A stretch of DNA of 64,000 nt. Source: Folioceros fuciformis. Its lineage: Eukaryota. Below are positions 45,451 through 56,969 of the stretch, one piece after another. The notes under the pieces are model-generated. The model ran no database searches. It was not told where the DNA came from and saw only the letters and a list, made by a program, of their open reading frames with translations. The DNA is taken from contig JBNGIO010006370.1 of assembly GCA_049999805.1 (NCBI GenBank), positions 373,212-437,211 on the forward strand, written 5' to 3'. The first letter of the stretch is position 1; each line of letters begins with the position of its first letter. Both the position numbers and the translations under genes were made by a program.

Positions 45451-46310
45451 GTGGCATTTTGGGTGGCATTTTTCCAGCAATGGGTTTTGATTGCACTACA
45501 AAGGGCTTTGGCAAAATTTTCGGACAACATCAAGCACCACGGATGCAGCTTTAGCGGCCCATGTGGTAAGTAGGCCATACCTTATACTTGAATTTGACAT
45601 CTTATGGGCGATAGGGAGTCACAAGCTAGGTGGACGAGGGGGTTAGGCTCCCATTCTTCGCTTTTCCCCATTATGGATTGTTCCCCTTGTCACGAGGTAG
45701 ATGAACTTCTATCTCTTTTTTTCTATAAAGTCTTGAAGTTTCTTTATGGAACATGGGATCATAGCAAGATTAACCTAAGTTCGTTTTGTCTGTTCCTTTA
45801 ACAGGTCGTTTGCCCTTTTGTACTCCTAATATATTCGGCAATAGAGAGGGTTTGAGTGTTTGATTTAGAGGAAGGAAATGAGTAAGTAAGATCCCTTGGG
45901 GAAGACCCCTATTTGTGGTGGCTCACTTAATGGCCCTTTCTCTTACCACCTTGTCAATTTCATATTGCTTGATATCTCTATGATGGACAATATTCATATT
46001 TTCAGGCCAAAAGGTTGCATAAGGGAAGCTTTCCAACTTTTTTTTTCTACATATTTAATTCACATTGGTTTGAAGGTAAAGATTTCCAAGTGCACTTTGA
46101 GGTTCGCTTCCAAGAAATTGTCTCCTTTGGTCTTCCAAGACATTTCACTTTTCATGGCCTCGCTATTTGGATTTCTTACATAAAAAAGGAACTTCACTGA
46201 CTACTCAACACAAGCAAGCGACTAGCTACTCAGCACTCATACGAGTCCAACTTTCATACGTCCCAAGCTCTGCACTCATGGACCTCGTGCTCTAAGAAAT
46301 GACAACTGAT

Positions 46311-46740
46311 TACTTCAATCACAATCATGATTACAGTGTCTACATCCAAGGGGTAGTTAACATGAAGATGCACGTTCTAAATGTGTTTGTTGGGTTCCCA
46401 AATTCTATAAATAAAGCAAGGATCTTGAGTAATTTAGGCCTTTATCAAAAAGCTATGGCAAGAAATATCTAGAATGGTTAGCACATTAATGTGAGCAATT
46501 TTAGTTTCAAGGAGTACATTGTGGGACACACGGGATTTTCATCATTGCTATGGCTGCTTACACCATTTCCGAGCAAGTACCTGCATTCTTCTACCTGCAT
46601 GGTGGTAGAACGAGCATTCAAAAAGCTTAAAGGCACGTGGAGAATGTGAGGGACAAATGTTTGGAAGACTTGACATGGATACATTGTGGGCACTCATGAT
46701 GTGTTGTTGTTGTCCACATAGCGTACTAATTGAACGTGGA
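46311..46740 (+). mobile_element. Decayed PIF/Harbinger transposase fragment
   Basis: YFNHNHDYSVYIQGVVN..VFVGFPNSINKARILSN..LYQKA, YIVGHTGF..WLLTPF, HSSTCMVVERAFKKLKGTWR, MCCCCPHSVLIERG, with stops. Confidence 0.8.
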
Positions 46741-47379
46741 AAGATGGGCTATGACATTTGGTCTTGCCTTATATGAGTTGTCAAAGGATCATCCAACAGT
46801 AGGTGTCTCTTCCCTATGGTAGAATCCAAATTCAATTCAAGCTTTGAGCTTGAGGCAGAGTCACTACAACCCATTGTAGCTAACATATTGCCTCTAAAAC
46901 TAGGCTTGGGGCCAAAGAGGCCGCCCTCGAGGTCGGCGTCTTAGTGTACAGATGATTCCAAGTGGGCTCAACATTATTGTATGAAAATCTAGGATCTTCA
47001 GGCAACCACAAGGGCCAGCTCAAGGGTGGCCCTCGTTAAAGAAACCAACTCTTGCACCTTCCCTTTGACTCCAAGGTAAGCAGCTACATTAGTCCCCTCC
47101 CCTCTTTGAAAGTGCCCCTCTATAGAAAGTGCCCCTTGCCTTGCACTAAGGGGGGCCTTTGGCGAAGGTGCATCTTGTTTGGTTGATGGTGTCTCCCCTC
47201 TTATAGGGGTTCTTTTCCCTACTACCTCCCATAACTTTAGATTCATTATCAATCTAATTAGCTACCTGCAAAATATAAACTTGTGCAGTGTACACACTTT
47301 CGTTAGTGTCTTAAATCCTTGGTGTGTGAACGGCCTTGGTTCATGATTACTGTTGTAAGGACATTAATTTGTGTAGGTA

Positions 47380-49460
47380 CGAGGCTTCGTCAAATATTTG
47401 AAATGCGAGATCTAAGCTAGAGGTAGTTCATAACTTATGGAGGTAATATAGAACTTATATTACTCCTCGCAAGGACTTTGAGTTTTTGGCGTTCCTGTGG
47501 TATCTTCGGATTTTGTTTATAGGTTTGTGGAAGCAGCTTTTGATAAAGATTTGGCCCATATCATGGACCTTTTACATATTAGTGACTCTCATATTGTGTT
47601 TGGTATTCTTTCTTCTTACTTTGCACGGTGACTGTTAAGCATGCTTGTATGTTGTTGCTTAGGTGCATGTTTAGTAGTGTTTCATCAAATATTTAATCAA
47701 GATAATATATATATAGTTAACAACATAGACATTGAACTAAATGTGTGGATGTGGTTGCAATAAGACTCAAGTAGGATACACAAATGCCTAGCTCAGCGAT
47801 ATTCACTATAAATGTAAGCTTATAAAAATTGAAGTGTCCTTCAAACACCATAAAATCTCCTCCACATGCATCCACACTTCTCAAGAGCTATAAGCTTGTA
47901 AAAGTGCAATATTTACTTCTTTTATAAACTACAAAATCTCCTCCACCTGGTACCACACTTTTTAGAGATGTAAGCTTGTATTTCTCTTAACCGTGCTTTC
48001 TCTCAAATAGGCTTTCTCAAGAAGGACCACTCTCTTGAGTACATAAGCTTGGAAGTCCATTGTCGTGTTAGAAATCCAATTGAGGTGTGTGTGTGCAGTT
48101 TACAAGACCATGTGACCCAATTGTGGATTTAAGATGCTAAGCTACAGCTCTAAGAAGTGTGGATGCAGGAGGAGGAGATTTTGTAGTGATTGAAGCAAGC
48201 AAACACTTCACTCTTATAGAGTTGCATCACCATTATGCAATGCTTAATATGTGTGTAATGTGATGTGGTGTGAATAGTTATTAAATGATGAACCATGCAT
48301 GAGCGCAATGTTAGCAGCGCAACACAACACGACTACACTATCTCAATAGAACTGTTATGCCTTCTCCAATTTTCTTATCAAGCGTCAAGAAGTTCAACAA
48401 TCAAAATATGCAGGCGTATAGGAACATCATAGGTTGCCGCACCTTCGAATGTGTCGTCAATGATTTGGCGTGGAAGAAGGCTTCCTTAGACATGTCTTTG
48501 GAGGGATGGTTTTTTGGCCATGGAGGTCTTTGCCCACCCTAGCTACCTTTCTAGGCCCTCTCGACTCCAATTTTGACCTCTTATTCTCTGCTCTAGGATT
48601 CCTTCCTTCTTAAAGATTTTAACTTAGGTGTTAAGAAGGAGGTTTTCCCTTTATAGGTATCTCTTCAGCAAGCAAGGGACTCTTCGCCTTTAGAGGCTCA
48701 AGAGACCCCATCTTCTTCCACCTCCTTTTCTAGAGAAGGGTTGAGGGGTCTTTATGCCTTCCTCTTGGAAAAGTAATATGGCCAAGCACTAATTGCCCTT
48801 CTTTCGGACTCATTTATACCTAGGTCTTTTTTATCTCATATTCGCTCTTATTTAGGTAAAGAAGTGAGCTCTTAGCTTGTGGCTCGATCATGTATCCAAG
48901 TGTTTCAAATCCTACCATCAACTTTCGCTACCGCGATGAGATTTTGCTTAGGTTTAGCTCACCTCTTGGTTTTCTCTCTCTACAGGTAGGTGTGAGGTTG
49001 CTATTGTCAACATCGGGTCCCATATGTCACATTGTCCCATTGAGGGGCATGGTATTGCTACTCATGATACAATTTAGGTTGCCTTTTTCTTAATGGCTAG
49101 GGAATGTAGGTTTCTTTTAATATTTTGTGCAATGGGTTTTCTCCATGGTGAAAAAGGTTTGTGTCGCTAATATGATTACCATGGATCGTACTAAGGATTC
49201 GATTTGCGAGCATGTCATCATCAAGCCCCCTTAATGGACGACCGAGGGTTGTGCAAGTGCCTAAAGTCCATAAGTGTTTTTCTTCTGCAAAATGGGTACA
49301 TTTTCATCCCCTTTGCCCTTGAGACCTATGGGGCCATGGGCAAGGATGTTTCAAGGTTCATCAAGGAGTGTGCACATGTGTATTATGAGATTCTTTCTCT
49401 TTCCTTTATGGTCTCTTCTTTTGACAACGTGCATGTAGTGCTTTGCAAAGAGCATTGGCC
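47380..49460 (+). mobile_element. Decayed non-LTR retrotransposon of RLE type (CRE-like), interrupted by an insertion
   Basis: Collinear remnants KCEI, GL*VFGVPV.SSDFV, AWKKASLDMSLEG, FATAMRFCLGL, HMSHC...GIATHDTI (zinc knuckle-like), FIPFALETYGAMG and SALQRA. Confidence 0.65.
47631..48357. mobile_element. About 0.7-kb non-autonomous insertion with internal inverted repeats, flanked by a 7-bp direct repeat ACTGTTA
   Basis: ACTGTTA at 47631 and 48351. AAAATCTCCTCCA..CCACACTT..AGAG at ~47852 and ~47933, inverted at ~48140-48190. Confidence 0.55.
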
Positions 49461-50188
49461 AAAGCAGCCTTTATAATAGCAATAAGCATATGTCAAGTTG
49501 CTTGTTGACACTTTTGGTAGGTAGGGTTTTTATTATTCCACATCACAACATTTTGGAAGCAGTAGATAGTTTTGAATGATGTTCTAAGGGGCTTATATTT
49601 GTTTTTGGCCTTGGTCAAGTTGTTCCTCCTAGATGAGACTTTATCAGACTTTACCTCTATTTTTCAGTAATAAAAAATAACATATTTTTTGAAAAGTTGT
49701 CCATAAAAACCAGCCCTAACCTTCCTTTTCAACTCTCCCAAATCTTTTGTAATTTATAATAGTTCTTCCGTCCTAGTTGAACTCGCGCGGTCTTTCCAAT
49801 GTAAAAGTCCTTGCATCCTAAATAAATATAAACAAATAAAAATTATGTCTTTTACGTAACCAGGGCCCGTGAGAACGGCGGTATTGACTCACATTGTTTT
49901 GGCGCTCACTGTGACTCCCGCAGCTCGTGAATCTGTTATCTAGCAGCAGGCAGACATAGAAAAATCACCTGGCCCCAAGGAAGAGAACCATGTGAAGGAC
50001 AGGTAACCAGTTTGACGGGATGGCGTATTCACGTGGCTTGAGGCCGGTGAGGGCCGCGAATCCCCGCGCTCCCAGCAGCCGGGGGATCCCAACGTGCCCG
50101 GCGCTTCAGCTCCCACTTGCCCTGCCTTCACGTTGCAACTGATAAGCGTTGTGTTCCGAAATCGGAGGGGAGCATTACCAGTTCCAGG

Positions 50189-53100
50189 ATGTGGTACAGG
50201 CGGGCTACGTCCGTCTGGGCGCGCGCTGCAGCTTGCCTGCTCCACCAGCCGCCTGGTGCTCCAGTCCGCAGCGTCGGCGATGGAGCGGCGGGAGCTGGAG
50301 TCAGATCTGAGGTCGGGGCCTTAGCCGGATCCGGATCCGTCGGGGGTGCAGCAGCTGTAGCTGGACGCGGAGCAGGGAATGCTGACTCGGGACGATGGCT
50401 GCGTGCTCCGCCGTCTGTTGCACTTCTTCCTTGGCTTCTGGCTGCCGGGTGAGTTCGAGTTGCTTTAGGTTGCAATAAGGATACGAGGATGATCATGCCG
50501 GACTGGACACGGATAAGCAGGATGCGTGTTGCCGAGTCGCGGGCATCGTTGGCCTGGACGCTGGTTTGTAATGAGCGGCTTGTTATTGAACTCACGCTCG
50601 ACTGCGTACGTTTGTGGTTTGGAGGTCCCCGCAGTGGATGCGCCGGCGGGTATGTAGCGCTGGCGGACGCAAGCCCGCCTCAAAGTGCGGGTCCAGAACA
50701 ACAGCTGAAGGAGGAGAAGAGGAAAGAAACGCTAGTGGTTCTAGGGACGGGTTGGGGGGGTATCAGTTTTATCAAGGGGTTGGATACCAGTTTGTATGAT
50801 GTGTACATTATTTCACCTCGGAATTATTTTGTTTTCACTCCTCTGTTGCCAAGTGTGACAACTGGAACAGTTGAAGCGCGTAGTATAACAGAGCCAATCC
50901 GACGGCTCGTTTACAAGGTGAAAATGAGTTTTGCTGCTACTTGGAATTGTTGGTGGTTTTGGAATGTTTGTGTCTAATGCGTGGGCCGAATTATGGTTTG
51001 AGCAGAAACAAAAAGAGGTCACCTTTCTGGAATCTGAGTGCGTGAAGATCGATGCGGAGAATAAGGCTGTCATCTGCGAGGACACCACTGACATTAAGAT
51101 CAAGGGGAAAGACCACTTTGCTCTAGCTTATGACCATCTGGTTATCGCTGTCGGGGCTGAGGCTAACACTTTTGGGACACCCGGCGTTAAAGAGTACTGC
51201 CATTTTCTCAAGGTAGTTTTCGCGTTTTATTTACCGACGCTGAATGCAGCCTTGGCTCTGAGCTGCAAGGATTCCATTCACAGCTCTTTCCTTCATATAC
51301 GGCTGGTTTAGGATGCAGGAGATTGAAGACGCTGAGAAAATCCACCAAGACATTGTGGACTGTTTTGAGAGTGCATGCCTACCTGGTCTAGCCAAGGAGG
51401 ACAAGGAAAAGTTGTTACATTTTGTCATTGTTGGTGGTGGTCCAACTGGGGTGGAGTTTGCTGCGGAGTTGCATGATCTTATACATGAAGATTTAGTCAG
51501 ATATTATCCAGAGGTGAAGGAGTTTGTCAAGATCACGCTTGTCCAATCTGGTGATCACATACTCAATACGTGAGTCCGCACTGGTGCATTGACTGCTTTG
51601 CTCTCTGTGTTCATTAGTTCTAAGTATGAATCCCTGCTAGATGCATTTTCTATAGGGGAGCCTAACAATGCACCCTTTGGTACCGATCATGTGGCCTGTG
51701 TGCAGGTTTGATGAAAGAATTAGTAACTTTGCGGAGGGAAAATTCAGGAGAGACGGTGTGGATGTGAAGACAGCTTGTCGTGTCCTGGCGGTCAGTGAGA
51801 CTGATTTCAAGTTTGTGGAGAAAGCTACTGGAGAGATTCGTAGTGTGCCATATGGACTGGTGGTGTGGTCAACGGGAATCGGGACTCGACCAGTTATTGC
51901 CGACTTCATGGAGCAGATTGGCCAGGTGCATTCTGCTGTCATTTCACCTTATCAGGACGTGTCCTTTTCCTGTTCTGGGTCAAGTGTTTCGATCGGGTTT
52001 ATCATTACTGGAATAACATGGGTATTCTCGTTTTCAACCTTTAGCATGATAGGCGTGCCTTGGCAACGGATGAGTGGTTACGAGTGAAAGGGTGCCAGGG
52101 TGCCTTCGCAATCGGTGACTGTGCCACTGTCGAACATCGGAAGATTGCGGTTTGTCTTCGCAACTGTCTTGCATATTTTTTGCTGCGTGTTGAAGGCAAT
52201 TGTTGGTCCATGGGTCTCTCTGGCTTGCAAGGAAGCTGAATGATGATCTTCTTGCAGGAAGACATTTCTGTCCTTTTCGGATTGGCTGATACGGACGGGG
52301 ACGGTTTTCTGGACTTGAATGAATTCCGTGAAGTTGTGAACAAAATTCGGTCCAGGTACCCTCAGATTGACGTCTACTTGAAGCGCCAGCACTTGAAGAG
52401 CATAGTTGATCTGCTGGATGGCGCTGTTGAAGATCGGAAGGAGGATTCCGTGAAGCTGGACATAGCGGCCTTCAAGAAAGCCCTTTGTCATGCAGACTCT
52501 CAAATGAGAGCCCTTCCAGCCACTGCCCAGGTCGACGGCTGTGCGGATTTTCGCAGTCTCTTGTATCTGTTTATGGCACGCGCTGCCGTGTTTAAACTTC
52601 CCTGTCTACTTGTGTCTTTTGTCCCTTCAGGTGGCAGCTCAACAGGGTGACTACTTGGCCAATGTTTTCAATCACATGGGCAAAGTAGGCGCAGCACCAG
52701 AGGGTCCAATGAGGATCAGAGGCTCAGGGCGGCATCGCTTTCAGCCTTTCCAGTACGTAACCCACTACTTGTGCAATACAGCGGCGGTCAGTCTTGAGCA
52801 GGCTTGGAAACGTCGTCCAATGACACCATGACAAAATTGTGTTGTCTACGCAGGTACAGGCATTTGGGACAATTTGCTCCACTTGGAGGGGAGCAGGCGG
52901 CTGCCGAACTTCCTGGAGACTGGGTTTCTATTGGTCGGAGCACTCAGTGGCTCTGGTACTCTGTATATCTGAGGTGAGACGCTCGTCCATGGCCTGCGGT
53001 GCGATTTCACCTGGCAAGTGGACCTGTCACGTTGGATACTCACTGGCTCTGGAGATGACTCATTTGTCTGTTCGGAGCTAGACATCAGTCACCTTGTTGT

Positions 53101-53207
53101 TGGTCGTTATGATTTGCAGCAAGCAGGTCAGCTGGCGAACGAAGTGCCTTGTGTTGTTTGACTGGACCAAGCGATGCATTTTTGGGAGGGATTCAAGTCG
53201 CGTGTGA
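50189..53207 (+). CDS. NDB: External alternative NAD(P)H:ubiquinone oxidoreductase, NDB type with EF-hand, multi-exon
   Basis: VVLGTGWGG, SPRNYFVFTPLLPS, VGGGPTGVEFAAE, TLVQSGDHILN, DTDGDGFLDLNEF, LPATAQVAAQQG, FGRDSSRV*. Confidence 0.93.
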
Positions 53208-53374
53208 GTTAGCCATGGAAGCAAGTATGTAAGGCATCGGGTAACGTGAGATAGCACCTGCCTTGTTCGGACTGGACACCTGACCTGTCTCCTACAACGG
53301 GAAGGAAACCTGCACACGGGCAGAGGCGATAACCTTCCAGCAGGTCTCAGTCATCGAGCAGGGGTGTGCGAACG

Positions 53375-56300
53375 TCAGGACAGATGATGTGCCATTTTCG
53401 CCGATAGCGTCTCGAGCAATGCGTACACTTTGTCCCGGTCATGATGGTTGTCGTCTCCAGCTCTGAACAAATACACCTTGTCCCGACACTCGATCCAACT
53501 TTGGCCCGGCTGTTTCCAAGCACCTGCGTTCAGTCTCTGTCGCTCGATTGCCTCTGCCTCATGGAACATGTGGGCATGCGCGTAGATCGTGGACATGAGC
53601 ATGTAGGGCGCGCTCTGTCTTGCATCCAGCTTCACAGCACCTTCGAAGGCGAGTCTACCAAACTCGACGTTTCCATGCTTTCGACACGCTCCGAGCAGAG
53701 ACAGCCAAAGCGCAAGATTGGGCTCCACCCGCATCTGCAAGAGTAAAGATTCCACTTGCTCGAACTTCCCTGCACGCCCTAGGATATCGATGATGCTCAC
53801 GTAATGCTGTGCGGAACAAGTGACGCTGTGATCCACCCGCATGGCGTTGAAGAAGACAACGCCCTCACGCACCAGACCAGCATGACTGCAGGCAGCAAGA
53901 ATCGAAAGAAACGTTAATCCGTCCGGCTTCATCCCTGCTTCTTGCATGCCCTCATACAACGCTAAGCTCATCTTGCTGTCTCCTTGCCGAGCGTATCCAG
54001 CGATCAAAGCATTCCAGGACACCAAGTCTCGATCGGGCAACGAGTCGAACACAGCCCGGGCATCCACCATGCTCCCACATTTGCCGTACGCGTGAACAAG
54101 GCAGTTCCCTAACCCTAAGCCAAAGCGGCATTGCAGATCGGAGTTCCTTAAATCGGAATGAATTCGTCTGCACAAGCTGAGGGCCCCGGAATTGCTGCAC
54201 GCTTTCAGGATGCACACAAACGTAGCCTCGTCCGGTTTCACACCTGCTTGCTGCAGACGTTCATAAAGTTGGAAAGCGTGCGTTCCTTGCTCCTGCTGAG
54301 CGTATCCCATGATTAGGGCATTCCATGAAACTACGTCGGGCTGGACCATGGTGTCGAAGATGTGTTGTGCTTCCTCGATGCATCCACACGTTGCATACAT
54401 GTCCACCAATGTGTTACCGACGAAGGGATCAGATTCGTAACCTGCTCGGACAAGGTCGGCATGTATGGCTTTACCCTTCTGGGCCGAACATACTTTGTAT
54501 GTCTGCCCGCCTGAGAAGATGGCTGTTTCTGCGTCTGCCAGGCTGCTGCATGCTTTGAGCAGGCTGACGAACGTGCGATCGTTCGGCCTGACGCTGTGCT
54601 CAAGCATTTGAGCATAGAGCTGCAAAGCCTGGTCACCCTCTTCCTTCTGAGCATATGCAGAGATGATGGCGTTCCATGTAACCACGCTCCGGTTGGGCAT
54701 GGAATCGAACAGGGAGCGAGCCAGGACCGTGCTGCCACATTTGCCGTAAGTGTGGATAAGTGAGTTTGCAACACTGACTCTCCACTGGAGTCCTCTGTCA
54801 GTGATGTCTTTGTGGACTTGGGCACACATTTCCAGGTCTCCGGCATTGCTGCAAGCTTTTAAGAGGCAAAGATATGTGGCTTCGTCAGGGTTCACTTGAA
54901 AAGTTTGCATTTGCATATACAGTAGCCAAGCCTCCTGATCCTGCTTTTGGCTTGCATAACCTGCGATCATCGCATTCCATGTAACCACATTGCGTATGAA
55001 GAGCTTGTCGAATACGAACTTCGCATCCACAACGCTCCCGCACTTCCCATACACATGCACCAGAGTACTGCCCACAAACGTGTCAGATGCATGACCGCTT
55101 CGCACAGCTGCAGCATGAATTGCCTTTGCTCTTTGTAGGGCGTTCAGTTTCAACTCTTGGCCATCCAAAGGAATACCCTCTTCCTTGCCTGCGAAGCTGC
55201 TACATGCTTGCAGCAGGCTCACAAAGGTTCGATCATTAGGACTCACACCATCCCTTTTCATCTGGGCAAAGAGTTTCAGAGCCTGGTCACCCTGTCCTTG
55301 CTGGGCATATCCAGCAACCATGGCATTCCATGACACCACACTGGCTTGTGCCGAAGTAACAAAGACCTGCTGGGCATCCGTGATGCCTCCACAGCTTGCG
55401 TACATATGTATAAGGGCACTGATCACAAGCTCGTCACATTCATAGCCACTGCTTATGATCTGACAGTGTATGGCCTTACCCACACCTAGAGCCGCTACTT
55501 TCATCGACTGACCACTGATTACTGTGTCGTTCTCCAGGGCTGCCAGGCCACCACATGCTCTAAGAACACTCACAAATGTTCGGTCATTTGGCCTTACTCT
55601 TGAATCCAGCATTTGGAAATAGAGTTGCATTGCCTTCGCGAACAGATCATGTTGAGCATATCCCCTGATCATGGAATTCCACAATACGGTGTCCCTTGTA
55701 GATAAGCTTTCAAAAACATGCTGCGCATCCACCAAGGCCCCGCATCTTAGATACGCACCAATAAGAGCTGTGCCCACAAACAAGTCAGAGTCATACCCGT
55801 ACCTCACAAGTGCTGCATGAACTTTCCTACCCATGTCGAGATCTGCCAAGCTGCCACAGGCTTGAAGTGTGCTAACAAACGTCTGGCTGTGTGGCTCCAC
55901 GCCTGCTGCTTGCATTTGACAGTAGTGTCTGATAGCATTCTGTCCTTGTCCAGCTTTACTGTAGCCTGAGATAATAGCTGTCCAACATGATGCAGACCTA
56001 TGTGGTAATTGATTGAATACTTCGATTGCATCTGAGAGGCTCCCCCTTTGGATCAGCATGTTGACCACAGATTCTCCCAAACTGCTGTCCAATGGACATC
56101 CATTCTTGCACATGAGACTACACACTTGTTTGGCCTCCACCGTGGCTCTGCTCTTGATACAAGTCTCCAGAAGGGAGCGATAAATGTGCAGCGGGGCTGC
56201 AATACCCTGTTGGTCCATGTGACACAGCATATTCAATGCCTTCTCCACCCTTCCCTCGATGCATAAGCTCTCTAACCCGGGAGCAGTCTCACTAATGGCG

Positions 56301-56401
56301 TTTGCTGCCATGACCCCAGAGCTTTCAGCACCATATGGCCACCTTTGGTGACCATTCCCAACTGGAACAATCGGCCTTAGCATTTCACATTTTGGGACCA
56401 T
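53375..56401 (-). CDS. PLS-class PPR protein, E+ type, with three extended L-type repeats; start uncertain
   Basis: Intronless ORF; KQPGQSWIEC...GDDNH then stop with no HxE; ~16-aa insertions in three L motifs. Confidence 0.92.
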   Translation of the reverse strand: MVPKCEMLRPIVPVGNGHQRWPYGAESSGVMAANAISETAPGLESLCIEGRVEKALNMLCHMDQQGIAAPLHIYRSLLETCIKSRATVEAKQVCSLMCKNGCPLDSSLGESVVNMLIQRGSLSDAIEVFNQLPHRSASCWTAIISGYSKAGQGQNAIRHYCQMQAAGVEPHSQTFVSTLQACGSLADLDMGRKVHAALVRYGYDSDLFVGTALIGAYLRCGALVDAQHVFESLSTRDTVLWNSMIRGYAQHDLFAKAMQLYFQMLDSRVRPNDRTFVSVLRACGGLAALENDTVISGQSMKVAALGVGKAIHCQIISSGYECDELVISALIHMYASCGGITDAQQVFVTSAQASVVSWNAMVAGYAQQGQGDQALKLFAQMKRDGVSPNDRTFVSLLQACSSFAGKEEGIPLDGQELKLNALQRAKAIHAAAVRSGHASDTFVGSTLVHVYGKCGSVVDAKFVFDKLFIRNVVTWNAMIAGYASQKQDQEAWLLYMQMQTFQVNPDEATYLCLLKACSNAGDLEMCAQVHKDITDRGLQWRVSVANSLIHTYGKCGSTVLARSLFDSMPNRSVVTWNAIISAYAQKEEGDQALQLYAQMLEHSVRPNDRTFVSLLKACSSLADAETAIFSGGQTYKVCSAQKGKAIHADLVRAGYESDPFVGNTLVDMYATCGCIEEAQHIFDTMVQPDVVSWNALIMGYAQQEQGTHAFQLYERLQQAGVKPDEATFVCILKACSNSGALSLCRRIHSDLRNSDLQCRFGLGLGNCLVHAYGKCGSMVDARAVFDSLPDRDLVSWNALIAGYARQGDSKMSLALYEGMQEAGMKPDGLTFLSILAACSHAGLVREGVVFFNAMRVDHSVTCSAQHYVSIIDILGRAGKFEQVESLLLQMRVEPNLALWLSLLGACRKHGNVEFGRLAFEGAVKLDARQSAPYMLMSTIYAHAHMFHEAEAIERQRLNAGAWKQPGQSWIECRDKVYLFRAGDDNHHDRDKVYALLETLSAKMAHHLS

Positions 56402-56969
56402 CTCGTCTTGACAGGCGTGTTCACAAGGCGCACCTGATTCTGTTGCATTAGGGACTGGCGGAGGCAAACAAGAGTCACGTTGCTGCTAAAACGACCCCTT
56501 TGAAGATTACTCGCTTTCAAGACGCTTCTTCTTGGTTAGCATCGGCATGCGCAGTTCACGTGCACAGCACCAAAGCCGTCGACTTTATACTCGCCACGCT
56601 GCTCCAGATGGTGACGTTGCATGCGGGACTCTTTTGAAAAAGAGTCCACTGAAAGGAGAATCACCCCAGATGCAATTACATGTACTGGGTTGTGCATTTG
56701 GCCGGGTGAAGGCCACGTCATGCATCATAGGGGAGATGCCTAGCACGAATTCTACTTGCATCAGGAGGCAAGTGGAGGACAAGGGAAAACGCTGAGGCTC
56801 AAGCTGTTGATTTACTCCGAGCCTTGAGTTGAAGCACTGGATGGTTGCGCGAATTCCAGACCTCAGACAAACCAAGACAAGGACGAGTGATTTGGACCGC
56901 AGTGGATCATTACGTGACAAAAAATCCTACACCGCTCCAGATTCCTGACTCTGGCTAGAAATTGCACAC

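Noticed and set aside
47320-47337. GTGTGTGAACGGCC as the right TIR of the Harbinger element
   Set aside because: No matching left TIR found upstream, so element boundaries cannot be defined.
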